A DNA stretch of 56,250 nucleotides, filler included, from Syncephalis fuscata S228 (GCA_025786725.1; 3 parts of 3 records of this genome joined end to end with filler, not necessarily neighbours in it), one strand, 5' to 3'. Positions 38,494 through 51,745 are shown, numbered from the whole stretch's first letter. Numbers and translations: made by a program. The notes: a model not told the origin generated them from the letters alone.

Positions 38494-39391
38494 ATGACTG
38501 AATTAAAGGCTCAAGCTGCCACGGCTTATCGTCTTGAGCGAGAGGAAACCTTTCGTGAGGCATGTGCACTCGGCAATGAACGAGTAGTACAGCAAATGCT
38601 GCGTACGGGCGGTATAGTTGTCAATGGACAGAATCGTGTTAATGGCTGGTAAGTAGTTTAAAAGATATTTATTATAAAAGTGTTTAAACATAGCCAATAT
38701 ATCATGTTAAAGGACGGCATTGCATTGGGCAACAGCACGCGGACACACTAGCATTATTGAACTATTACTTGCCTATAATGCTGATCCATCAGTGGCAGCT
38801 ACTGATGGCCGATTACCACTGGATATGACCAAAGACGATGCTATAAAAGCATTGCTATCCACTACGTTAAATGGCTCATTATTGCCATCTCAAAGCAATA
38901 CGAATGAACCGCTACTCTTTACGCCACATTATCTTGAACAGCCCGATCTTGGCCGCGTTTGGGCAACGCCAGAGGAATTTGAACCAGCTTTACCACGCAC
39001 GACAACGTTAATAGCAACAGCAAATCAAAATATTAGCAATACAGATACTAACAATAAGAATAGTAGCAGTATTAGTAATGCTAGCAATACTAGCTTACCA
39101 CGCGAACTAATTGTTTATAAAGAGGAAGCAAGTCCAGATAACATGCTGGGGGCCATTCAAGTAGCTCAACAGCATACTATCCGCACTGTACTGCAGCAAT
39201 GTCAAGAAGAGCTAGACATTGATGATACGACGCCCATCCGAATAAAACGAGTCTCTCGCTTACGCGGCACACTACAAGCAGTGCCTATCAGTGAAAAGCA
39301 ATATGATAAAACTATGATGGAAATATTTGGTACAACAATATCTCCAGATAATGACCCATCCGAATTGATACTTTCTTATTATCCTGAATGA
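38494..39391 (+). CDS. Ankyrin-repeat protein, ANKRD40-like (exons 38494-38648, 38713-39391)
   Basis: REACALGN..VNGQNRVNGWTALHWA..GH..LL..ADP; FTPHYL motif; C-terminal REL-domain. Confidence 0.75.
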
Positions 39392-39867
39392 ATGACGTCA
39401 TGTTATAGTGTTTACCCTTAACAAATATACAATGCATTATAAACATTCTCTACAATAAAACGATATAAATAGTATAATCATTAACCAGTATTAAACAACA
39501 ATGACATTTGATACAATGCTTAAATGTGATTCAAATTTTCATTTGTTGTGTATCCATCGCGTTATCAATCTATCGACAAATGAGTGGATGAGTAGACTCT
39601 TATCTTCTGGTTATCACTATCTAAGATACGCTCTCTCCCTCTCCTCTCCCTCTCTCTATTCTTCCATACTTAGTTCACTCTTTTGCTTTCACTGTCTCGT
39701 ATCGTACTCTTTCTATATCTTGGTAGTTTGTCCTATTTCTTGTTATTATTGCGGTCTGCCTACCTATCGGTTGTTGTTTTTGCTTTCTACTCATCGTATA
39801 AATGGTTGCTGGTGTGGCACTTGATACATTTAAAGACTTGCAATAAACATATTATCAATTGTTTATT

Positions 39868-42662
39868 ATGACGCCACGTGTTCCTGGTGAAGAAGCAGAG
39901 GATACACTCGCGACCGTATCCGCTAGTATTACGACAACTACAACTGTAACGACGCCCAATTCGACTACGGGGCGTATTCTTTCACTAACACACTTTCTGC
40001 CTATCAATTGCGAATGGCATAAACCTTCAACGGATACACCAGTAGATGGTGCGGTTGACGAAGGTAACTGGCACTTGGTCGACGTAGAGGACACTCGCCA
40101 TGTATGCCGGTATTACATCCTTGTCGTCCTCTGCACACCCACATTGGCATATTGGCGGGCTTGGTCGGCTACAAACCAATGATGGTGCCATGATACGCTC
40201 GTCAATGTTATCCGACCATCAAAAGACTACGCTTGTCAATGGTTTACGCGAACAGCACTCATCTGTACCGGTATTATTGGATGAAGAGGCCTCTTATGGC
40301 ATTATGAAGGCTATTGTAAAGGTGGTAAGTTGTAGTTATTAGTATTTATTAAAGTTATTAATCTATCAATCAATAATAATGATAATAGAATTATGGCCTT
40401 TATTCCATTATCTACCGCCCAACTCGTATAACGATAGTAATCTTGCTCAGAGTAACTGGCAAAGTTACATGAATGTAAATCAAGCATTTACTGATGCTTT
40501 AGTGCAAGTGTATCGACCTGGTGATTTGAGTAAGTTTAATAATAAGCCATCATTTAATAGTTAGGATTACTAACGCAATAACACAATTAACACAATTATA
40601 ATAGTATGGATTCATTGACTATCATTTACTATTGTACCTTCACTAATACGTAAATTGATTCCAAATGCTGCTATTGGATTCTTTCTTCATTCACCGTTTC
40701 CTTCATCGGAGATTTTCCGATCATTGCACGTAAGTAGTTGTAATTTGATCATATTGTATGCTAACTATAATCAATGATTAGGTCGTAAACAAATTCTTGA
40801 GGGCGTACTTGGTGCTAATTTAATTGGTTTTCAGGTGTGGCTTATAGTCTAACGACTAGCTATATGATTACTAATTAGCCATCTATTTATATTACAGACA
40901 TATAGTTATGCACGGCATTTCATAAGCAGTTGTACACGTGTACTTGGTTGGAATCAACGCCCACTGGTGTCGATTATCATGGCACACATGTAGCCATTAG
41001 TATATTCCCATTGGTGTTGATGTTAAACTTACAGAACATTATCGTCGATCAGCAGGCGTTTTAGAGAAATTCAACGACTACGCGAGCTATATGCCGGTAA
41101 ACGTATTATTGTAGGAAGAGATCGATTGGATCCAGTTAAGGGGATTCTACATAAGTTAAATGCATTTGAAAAGTTTCTAGAGCGACATCCAGAATGGCAA
41201 AATAATGTAGTTCTAGTACAGGTAACTACACCCGGTCAAGTGGGTCTACCCAAACTAGAAAAGCAGATTGCTGAAGCTGTAGCCCGAATTAATGGTCGAT
41301 TTGGATCGATTGAGTTCATTCCAGTGCATCACTATCGCCAACAGATTGATCGAGATGAATTCCTTGCTTTGCTATCTATTGCCGATGTTGCACTCATCAC
41401 AAGTATTCGTGATGGCATGAATACACAAGTCATGAATATGTTATCTGTCAGCATAATGATGGACAAAACCCATTGATTCTTAGTGAATTTACAGGAACAG
41501 CAGGCAGTCTTAGTGCTGCCATACTTGTCAATCCATGGGACTATGTGGTAAGCTATTATAAACATGTAGTATTGTAATTAATGAGCTATTACAATATACA
41601 GGGAGTGGCCGAAGCTATTCACGAGGCACTTACACTGTCGCCAGAAGATAAACGAACAAAACATCAGCATTTGTACCAACATGTCACCACATATACTGCA
41701 GAGCATTGGGCACAGTCATTTATTCAGAGCTGCAAGCCAATCTACGCATACGTGGCCGTGGCAGTACTACACCGGCTCTAAATGCTACAACTATTTGTAA
41801 TGCATTTAGTAGTGCCAAAAAGCGATTATTAATGTTTGATTATGACGGTACATTAACGGCCATTCGTAAAACACCCAATGCTGCAGTGCCGCCGCCAGAA
41901 ATGATTGAAGCATTAACACAACTGGCCACTGATCCACAAAATATGGTGTGGGTAGTAAGTGGACGCGATCAACAAACATTAGAAACATGGCTGGGCTCAG
42001 TGCCCAATCTTGGTCTAAGTGCTGAACATGGATGTTTCCTCCGATCACCGGGACAGGAATGGATTAATCTATTGGAGAAAGACGATCTGTCATGGAAGAA
42101 AGAAGTAAGCGAGATTTTTGATTATTATACAGAGCGAACACAAGGCTCGTTTATTGAGCATAAATCAAGTTCGATTACTTGGCATTATCGACTTGCTGAC
42201 CCGGCATTTGGTGAATTCCAAGCGAAGGAATGTCAAAATCATTTGGAAAATGCCGTTCTTTCAAAATTACCCGTTGAAATTCTTGTCGGTAAAAAGAACC
42301 TTGAAGTTAGGCCGGTGAGTATTAATAAAGGTGGTGTAGTGAGTCGCCTTATTGAAGCGGCCAACAATGAATGTGACTTTGTTATTTGTGCCGGTGACGA
42401 TAAAACCGACGAGGATATGTTCCGCGCTATTCAACGTAATTCCTACCTCGAGGATCCTTCCCGTGTATTTTGCATTACTATTGGCGGTGCCGCAAAGAAG
42501 ACAGCCGCCGATTGGCATGTACCCTCACCTGAACAATTGATTACGATACTTCGTCAGCTGGCTGAATTACCTGCGGCAAAACCCGGTTGGTATCAACACG
42601 ATGGCGATGACCACGAAGAAGAGGATAGTGAGACGACAACATCTAATGCTGCCGATGTTTAA
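39868..42662 (+). CDS. TPS2: Trehalose-6-phosphate phosphatase/synthase (GT20 + HAD), several 1-nt indels
   Basis: LWPLFHY, GFFLHSPFPSSEIFR, DRLD..KG, RDGMN, LSEFTG, FDYDGTL, SGRD, AEHG, GDDKTDEDMF. Confidence 0.92.
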
Positions 42663-43002
42663 CAACAACAACAACAACCAGGCTAGTAGACTATTTGGAT
42701 ACTTGATAATTGTTAAATACGGCTATCTATACCACGCCATGTATTCATTCTGGATTGGCTTTGTTTATTATCATTTATCAGTTGCTTTAGCACAAAATAA
42801 ACGCGTGTTCTTCCAATAAGTATAGTGTTATTAGATTGGTTATTAAAATACTGATTTATTAATAATCAAATTAGTATAATTCTATCTATTTTTATTACTA
42901 CTAACAACATTGTATCCACTAATTGAATAGTTGCGTAAGTGTTAATTAATTATTTTCTCACGCAATCCATTAAATCTAAAGTAAATAAGTTTGTACATAG
43001 CA

Positions 43003-43379
43003 ATGGATGATAAACAGATCCGTCAACGCGTTGATACACATATCAATGAACTACGACAAGAATACGATGGTGTGTATTGCAAGTAGTAGTTATTCATAGA
43101 TATTAATGCATGTATATGCTATGATTAGTCATAGCAAATGAACTGAAATCTAATATTGAAGATCTGCTGAATCGATTTAATAATTGTCTTAAACAACAGT
43201 GTGACCAGTTTACTAATCAATATACTGGAATGCTTAATGATATTCAGCATGCTGAACAAGAACAAGGTAAATATAGTACTTACCGGCATTTAGTATATTG
43301 ACTCTATCTTTTATAGAGCGAATAAAGCAACAACTCATGGATCTAGTTCAGTTGCTTAACAATGCATTTAGTCTACTAT
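43003..43379 (+). CDS. Short coiled-coil protein (at least 3 exons, truncated by linker)
   Basis: Spliced frame MDDKQIRQRVDTHINELRQEYD|VIANELK...EQEQ|ERIKQQLMDL with GT-AG introns. Confidence 0.55.
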
Positions 43380-43479
43380 NNNNNNNNNNNNNNNNNNNNN
43401 NNNNNNNNNNNNNNNNNNNNNNNTTAATTAATTAANNNNNNNNNNNNNNNNNNNNNNNNNNNNNNNNNNNNNNNNNNNN
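43380..43479. other. Artificial contig linker
   Basis: N44-TTAATTAATTAA-N44. Confidence 0.97.
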
Positions 43480-44917
43480 GCCATGTTGACTACCGATAGA
43501 AAGAATATTGAATCAATGCAAGATCAAAGATTTAGGCGGTGAATAAAAACGTCTTTGTTTAAATATACGAATAAATCAAAATAAACTGATGATTTGCTGA
43601 ACGTGTAAATAGGAAGAAAATATTATTTATTTATTACACCCAAGTTGGTGTGTTATTATGAATTTATTACTTGGTCATTTGATTTGTATTGTAATATTAC
43701 TCTAATTGTTAGTAAATTTAATTAATTAAAACTAGCTTTCTATTCATAAATATCGACCTATTACAATGATTGCTTCACTTTTAAAACGCGTTGGCGCTGT
43801 TTCCCATCTATTTAATGAGTTTGACTATAGGTGTCGCCTGGGAACAACAATATTTAGATAATATGCATACTGGATATTATTTGTTAATGTTGTTGCTATT
43901 TTACTTGTATACCTCATGATGTGTCAACGTCTTAAATCAACCAACTTTATCATTATTATTATCACTATTTCATCACTTTGCTTCATATATTTATAAATTC
44001 ACTTGTATCAACTAAATATTTGATTATTTATGTTATTAACTTTCTCTTTGTTCTAACTTATATTTGGCAATAACTTGTGCAATCGTGTTAGCAGCAGAGC
44101 ACATTGTCTTGGCGTTAAAGACATGCTCAGCAACCATATTAGCAGTATGTCATGTATTGCTACTGTTATATAAACAAGGTTATCAATATACTGTAATGAC
44201 ACATGTGCAGTTATTTGTTTACTAATTGCTTTATTTCCTGCTTTATTTGCATATTCTATATCTTTTTCTTAATGTATAGCCAATGGTAATTGTAAGGAAT
44301 TACACTAATCTTTTCATTGTCACATTATTTTAATCGATGCTATTGTTAGTAACTAAATATTGTATATTTAACTTTAATCTAGTAGAATAATATAAGCTTA
44401 AATGTTAGACAGCAAAATAAGTGAATATTGATGATAAAATATAACAAGTTTATCAATACTTGTATTTAACTAATTAAAACAAGACAAACTATACAAAGAA
44501 TATACCTAACGATAAATAAATAGCTTTATTAATAAAGCGTAGTTGATAAAAGATAAAATAGCATAGAGCATAAGGAATGTACGATAAGAAAGATATGAAT
44601 TATAGTGTTCAAAGTTAACGAATAAGCTGTGGCTATTATATAATAAGATGATCTATAATAATATATGTATACAATACTAATAAATTTCTAATAAACCAAA
44701 TGCTTAGTTTAACTGCCCAAATATTATATAAATAAATAAATAAATAAGAAATGGATTATCACTCATTTTAATCGTAAAGTAATTCTGTATATCTTTTTTA
44801 TCTTCATTCATCTCTTTATCCATGTATCCATCCATCCATCCATCTATTCATCGGTCGTGTTTTTGTATATTAATGGTAGGTTGCGTATACCTGCGTGCTA
44901 TATGTATATGTTTGTAC

Positions 44918-45175
44918 GCCACGGATTTTGTCAGAGCGGTGTTTGCCTTTCTGTGGCCTCCGTCTTGTTACGCCCGCTGGCAGAGTAACGGCATCGGGCA
45001 CACTTACGGGGCGCGTTTTGCGCTGCGTAGCCGAGCCCACTATATGTCAAAGTCACCATAGAGTTGGACACGTACCTAGTGTAGGCCGTGTTTTTGCACG
45101 GTCTATTCACCCAGTACCTTGTGTAGACAAGTCAACACTGGCCACGTCGTGTCCGTAGTTAGGAGACGCACATTT
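44918..45175 (+). ncRNA. snR191: Box H/ACA snoRNA, snR191/U19 (SNORA74) homologue guiding two pseudouridines in LSU helix 69
   Basis: 5' pocket GTCA (44930-33)/GTTAC (44967-71), with H box AGAGTA 15 nt from the pocket top. 3' pocket AGAGT (45060-64)/TAGTTA (45156-61), with ACA (45170-72) 14 nt from the pocket top. Both pair with GUAACUAUGACUCU, leaving yeast-equivalent U2258 and U2260 unpaired. Confidence 0.9.
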
Positions 45176-45363
45176 CTTACCATTAATTGCTTGCCATTGC
45201 TAACCAACTGTTTTACATAATAGATGATCAACCGTGAGCGTACCGATATAATAAAATATTTTACTTTATCAATATTTATAAAGCTGTTCAAATGGCTATA
45301 TACGTGTTTATTCAAATATTAAATGATACAATTATTAAAGATTTTGATAATGAATAACGCTGT

Positions 45364-46566
45364 TTAAAAGTTAGCTGGCGGACGGCGTCGATATATTGCA
45401 CAGGGAGGTGTGCCACGAACAGATTTATACCGACGCAATGCTTCACGTAAATGTTCTGGTCGTAATGATCCCGCCTGGCCAGCTTCCTCCATGACGTCAC
45501 GCGCTGTATTAAAACATAAAGTATCAGCTACATGACAAACAAACGATGCTGTCATCTCTAATCTAGCCACTTGCCTATTTCAACAATTTCACCAACAAAT
45601 ACTTTGGTAAATCCAGCTACTACAAATGCCATTGTAGGCGATATTGTCTGTTGTAATATAGATGCAACAAGCTATTGAAATGCAGTTGTAGTAATGATGT
45701 CAGTCAGTGTAGAAGCTTTCTTTGCGATACTTACCTTTCGAACGGCGCTTTTGCTTAGTGCCGAACGCCGATAGACTTCGTATCGTTGCAGTTGATCTTC
45801 AGAGAAAACACTCATTAGCATGCTATTTACGATATATTAGTCTATGCCTTTTTGTCGTGTCTATTAATTACCGTAGCTCTTCCTTTGATGTTGCATCTTG
45901 TGCTTGTTCAATAGCTTCAGCGTCCGGTACTTCTTCCTCTTCCTCCTCGTCTTCCTCTCCTTCCTCAGCCACTTCAGCCATTTGAGTCGATCGGCCTAGT
46001 GGATGCCGAGTGTTCACATCATCGAGTAATGCACCAGCAATTGAACTTGCCCTTGAATCCACTAGTCGATTGGATTTACTCATTAGTGGCATGTCATTGT
46101 CTTCGCTACTCGGTAAATGTGCCGCGCCTGACTTGGAAGATAAACGTGATGCTCGGCCCATTGTTTCTGGCTCGCTATCCTTTAATAGTTCGCGCATCAT
46201 ACTAGCTTGCAAGCCACTTAAACCCGGCATACCACCACCTAGATCACCCATAGGCGAAAATAGCGTACTTGGCTGAAAGCCAGAAGGAATTGGCTCCAAA
46301 TCGTCAAGATCTACGTCAAGATCGTCGTCGTCCAAATCATCGGCACTACCTAGCTCTTCATCGCTCTCTTCTTTCTTAGCACCGCTATTTGCCAAACTGA
46401 AATCTACAGGCTGCTGCTGCTGCTCTTCTTCTATATCCTCCATGTTAGATTCCATATTAGCAGCCAACGAGCTTGCCAGACTATTCAGCGCAGGATTATT
46501 AAAGCTGATTGAACCCTGGCCGAGTCCAGTCAAGAATGCATTCAATGCACCATCATCGTCAGCCAT
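45364..46566 (-). CDS. TAF11: TFIID subunit Taf11 (4 exons)
   Basis: FSEDQLQRYEVYRRSAL, VAGFTKVFVGEIVE-ARDV, LRPEHLREALRR histone fold; acidic N-terminus. Confidence 0.93.
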
Positions 46567-47589
46567 TGTAAGATCGTGTCTACAGATCGCAAACTATAAC
46601 GAGTTTAAACAACTATTACAACAGACAAAGGTGGTTAAGTGTGCGCTAGGAATAAAAGTAGACGCGTAAAGTGTAAGAATAATTTCAAATAAACAATATT
46701 ATATATTTATAATATTCATGTTCTACATTATATCTGCCATAATAATACTATTCCATCTATATTCTTACTTGTTTAATTATAATTTAGCTATTCATCATAT
46801 CATTTATCAGTATATCGCCTACTGATTACATGTCATTAATAAAAACTGTTTGCTTATTATTAATTGTGTTGTAGATATGGATTTATTTTTCTGTCGTATA
46901 CACTGTAATTTGCTTAATTATAGTATTTGCCTTAACACTTAGAATATAATGTGTTAATTGATTAATATTACTGTAATAATAATATATTCTTTGTTAATTA
47001 TTAATTATAATGCACTTATAATATTGATTGCTGCTTAAATACACGCATAACTGTGTTTATCTTAGTGTTTATTAAATATAAAAAACATGTTATGTTAATA
47101 AAAATGGCTAGACAGGTAAATCTCGGCACGTTTGTAATTTAAAAAAAGCATGTTGTTATATGATGGCCCAACATCCAAGCGATAAGCGAGAAAAGGCGAA
47201 CAACGCTATAATCTTTTTGTCAGCTATATCACAGCAAATCAAAGCGTTATCAAGTATTTTGCTTCTAAACCGCCATTCCAAACTGGTTTAAAGGGGGGTA
47301 GAATTGTCGAATGAGCCACTGCCCGCACAGATAATGCCTTAAGGATGATACGAGTTCATTGCACAATCAAGTTAAACCGGTTTGGTTAGGCCTTAAATTA
47401 TTAGCCTGGTACATTTCTACAGCATGTGATCAAGCGGTAGTACGCCGCCTTTTATTTTTTTCATATTTATAAACGACTTTTAAATAAGCTAAGCAAACTA
47501 AACAACCTTTAAATTACTTCCAAGTTATATTTTTCATGATTCACAATTATTATTTCGATAGTGCTATTATACAGCTTTATTAAACAACA

Positions 47590-48024
47590 ATGTCCAGCCA
47601 GAATACAAGCTGTCAAGACACAAGTTGTATAACTTTAGCAGCTTGTCAAAATTCAGCAAACAGTCAAGATACAACAAACGACCAAAACGCAACGACCTGT
47701 CAAGATACAACAGCAAACGATCAAAACACGACGATTTGCCCAGATAGCACACTTATAAATATTCCTGAAGACAATAGCACAATGGCTAATGCATCAAATA
47801 ACACGTCCAATCCACAGCAACCACCCCATACCGAATTAACGATTAATAATCAACCTACGGTATCCCAGCAAGAAGAAGAACATCGGATGCTTGCAGCCCT
47901 AAAGAAACCAGAACCGCCCGTTCTATGTACCAGAAGCTGTACTCCTGCACGTGTAATATTTATTTCAATAATTGTTGCAGTGAAAATCATATTATTAATG
48001 TGCTATGCTTTTAGAACACATTAA
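47590..48024 (+). CDS. Hypothetical tail-anchored protein with CQD/CQN repeats
   Basis: 144-aa ATG ORF; (T/S)CQDTT-NDQN repeats; Cys motif then C-terminal TM helix. Confidence 0.5.
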   Translation: MSSQNTSCQDTSCITLAACQNSANSQDTTNDQNATTCQDTTANDQNTTICPDSTLINIPEDNSTMANASNNTSNPQQPPHTELTINNQPTVSQQEEEHRMLAALKKPEPPVLCTRSCTPARVIFISIIVAVKIILLMCYAFRTH

Positions 48025-49020
48025 GCATTTCGGCAAATTGTACTCTGCTTTTTCAAAGCAATTTATTATTAAATTCATACATTCAAATGCTGTTATAATT
48101 CTAGTTTAAAAAATCCAACCCAAATGACCAACCAACATCTTATCCTGGCGTTATCCTATAATGTTTACTTTTTAGTGTTTGTTAATACATATTTTAGTTT
48201 TCAAATACAGAGTGTTGGTTGGTTAGTATTACTTTGATAATAAACTTATTTCTTATCGTTCTTAATGATCAAATTTTAATTATAATAAGCTGGAATTAGA
48301 TACTATACTGTTTTTTATTGATACTGACTAATGTTGCCATTATATAGTAAACATAATTAATGATATATCTCAAATACTTTGTAAAATTTCATCAATAGCA
48401 CAAAGTATCAGTTCATCTAGTTGTTTATATGTCTACAACAAACAAAAATTTATTTTTAGTATTTTTGTAATAGCTATTTGCTGTTATCAACTAGTGCTGA
48501 TATTCGTTGTATTAATTTTTATGCTTATTCATATATAATATTAACAGTTTAGCCGACTACATGGTGCATTTATTGGTAATAATAGGTGCCCATATTTGCT
48601 ACAATAACATAAATTCATGACAGGGATTACACCAATAAAGTAACATTTTAAACGTGGTAATACCTATAGTTGATAATGCTTTTATAAATCAATAAACGAG
48701 CCAATATAAAAGTATAATAATTGCTTTGAAAGTATGCAATATCTCCTTTATACTAATTTAGCAAAAAGTAAATCATTAACTTGAATAAATAGGCGTATAA
48801 AAACACTTTATACAGCACAAACTAACAATGACTTTTATTACTAATTTAAACATTAAAAATGATTTAATTGCAAATAATGGCATATCAGTAAATCAACTAT
48901 CATTACCATAATCATAATCATCACAATCACTACCATAATTATTAAGGATCATTTGCTTAAACTCTTCAATTTTTGAAAATATATCTATAAGCTTAGTAGA
49001 TTGTATAGATGATACTTTTT

Positions 49021-49900
49021 TTATATAATATATTTTCTTAAATAAAGATTAGTATTTATAACACTATAACAGTCTTTCATGTATTCTATTAATTCTTCAC
49101 GGCTACGCTGACAATCACTAATGGTGTCTAATTCTTTATAAATTTTGCTGGCATAACTAATTATTCTTTGAATTATTAATTCGTATTTCCCTATGTAAAA
49201 TATTAGATTCATTGTTATATCTTTGTAAGCATTGCTATTTGTTTTGTTGAATTCTATTTTACACTTCTCTGGCTCTTTTACTTTTCTCTAATAATTGTTT
49301 TCTAGTTTTCTTTTTTCTTTTGGTAGTGGTTTTTCATTTCTATTTATTTTTGCAATAGTTATTTTTCAGCTTCTTTCTTCTGATAACTATATTCTATTTC
49401 GTTTTGTTTTTGTCATATTTATCTTCTAACTGTTCTTTCTTTTTTCGATAATCGCTTTCTAGTTCTTTTTCTTTTTCTTTTTGCTAATTATTTTCCATTA
49501 TTTTTCTGATAGGCATATTCTAGCTGTTTTTCTTTTACTCGGTAATCTTTTTCTAATTCTTCTTTTCTTTTATGATAATCAATATATATATACTTTTGTT
49601 TTGTATAATTGCTTTCAAGCTGTTCTTTTTTTCTGGTAATTATGTTCTATTTCTTTTTGTCTTTCTTGATTCTTAATCTTGCTTTCCAATGTCTCAATTT
49701 TACTTTGTAGTTGTATATTCGTCTTGAGCAACATCGCATTGGTATTTCTTACTTCATTTAATTCATTGATTTGCTGTATATTTTTTTCATACAATTTGCT
49801 AATTTTTTTAGCAACACGATATTGATTAAATCTATTGAATTATATAAGCTTAAAACACACAAGCATTTGTATACTTGTTTTGAATTGTCTTTCGTAATCT
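49021..49900 (-). pseudogene. Decayed coiled-coil gene with about 11-aa KE(K/E)QLE.DY repeats
   Basis: Repeated KEEQLE/KEKELE/KEKQLE units broken by stops and frameshifts. Confidence 0.5.
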
Positions 49901-51745
49901 TTACAAAAAATGTCTATTTCCTTTTGTTACTTCATATGTCTGACTCAATCTTTCAGGACCATGCTGGACAGCACTGACATCGAAATGGTCTTCAAGGTAC
50001 TTATAAAGACTATCTACATTCAACTGTCACATAATAAGTCACAGCAATAGATATATTATCAATAGCTTAAATATTGATTTTTCAAAATAAATAAAAAAGT
50101 TTCTAAAAATAAAGGAGCTATAACATTTCCTACTGAATGATGCAGTAGCTGCATTTGTATGCAGATTTGTGATAGAAGGGGCAGCCATGTGCATATCACA
50201 TTGTTTATAAAAATTATAGCATATGGTCAAAGCACCTCATTCTATGTTAACAAAGACATAGGACACAAAGTAAAGAGGAGAAAAAGGCTTTTATTATTAT
50301 AGTACAGCTTATATTCACGGTTAGAATAGAAAATTTAAAAAAAAACAGAGCTAAACATACAATTCATAGTAAGCTATATCATCAGCTACAATTATACCAA
50401 ACATAACATTAGTATCAATATGTATAAACATATCTAAAGTTGTAAACTATTACGTAATACTATAGGGTCGAGTCAACTAAACAAATGACTAATATAATTG
50501 TTAAAATGGCGAGCGTGAGCGTGATTGTAATAAATATGGCTAATATACACATAAAATAGCAATGCTAATATTAAGTTTATAGTTATGATTATTTAAAATT
50601 TAATGTCATTTATCACAGTTTCATATTCAATAAAATGAAGGTTGTCAGTGTAGCCATTTGACTACCGAATCACGCTAGATGATTAATAAAAAGCAGCTTT
50701 TTAATATATGGAATCAATTACATATCTAGACCTCTGTCATGGCATGCACATGCACAAAGAAGCATGCACTCGGTGGCATGGTCACTGCCTATTCCTGCAC
50801 TCCTGACTGCAAACTGGTACGTGCCTTGGATGACGGCGGGTTGGGCCGGGATAAACTGATCCATGGCTCCATCGGAATGGATCGGATACGGATACGTAAA
50901 AGGTAAGTAACGCACATGTGACAGCTGTTTCCAATGTACCGTCTAGTAGTTGTTGTTTTACCCCAGCACACGCCTTTCTAGTTCTTGCTCTCTTTTCTGT
51001 CTTTACTAGTCGTTCTTCCTCCCATTGAGGTAATGACGTCGTTTCCCAATATTCCTTTGTAACAAACAGCACACACTACCCTTGAACTCTTCGTGTTTCT
51101 ATTCTAGTTGTTCCGCATCCGCCCGAAGAAATAGTCTTGTCGGTGGTCGGACATCGCCCAGCCATACCATTCTCTATAGTTGGTGTGCCGGTTTTTGCGC
51201 GTTATTTTTCTCTCCGCTCGGTTCTTCCGTAGCCAGTGTTTGCTTTGAGGCGAGTTTTTCCTAAAGTGCGCACACGTACTCTCTTACTGGGCGTGTGTGA
51301 AAACAGTACACAATACACACCACACATGCTTCGCTTGGCTTCCTCCTCCTCCGCGACTATAAAGTCAGCGACACAAAGTAGCCGACCACCCATTTTCTAT
51401 CGACTTTCTCGGCCGTTTGTATCTCGTTGTTCTGCTTTCGTCTGCTGTTTGCCATCAAAGTCGGCCTACACTTTGACTTTCGCACGTTGCCGTACCATTC
51501 ATTGCTTGACAACAACAACAACAACAACAGCGACCAATAGCCTAGCTACTCCACCTTGGTTGTCTAATAATACTATTGTTAGCCATAGCCAACGATATAC
51601 TCGCCCGTTACCACCCTATTGTGTTTTAAATACTCACAATCCATTTGGCCGTAGTATTGCTTGTCTTTCGACGACCACTACCGCCTACTCACCTACCCAC
51701 CATCGCCAAGAAAAGACCGCCACTCCGTCGGGTAGAAAACACAAG

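Noticed and set aside
44876-45175. Telomerase RNA, RNase P/MRP RNA, or the 79/87-aa ORFs
   Set aside because: No template or P4 motifs; both H/ACA pockets, H box and ACA spacing fit snR191/U19.
50828-50865. GGATGA...CTGA mini C/D-like motif
   Set aside because: Too short for a snoRNA, imperfect box C, no recognisable guide.
51236-51325. TTG-initiated start of the 310-aa PCK1 ORF
   Set aside because: ORF-finder extension; first in-frame ATG is 51326 and the conserved enzyme starts at 51746.
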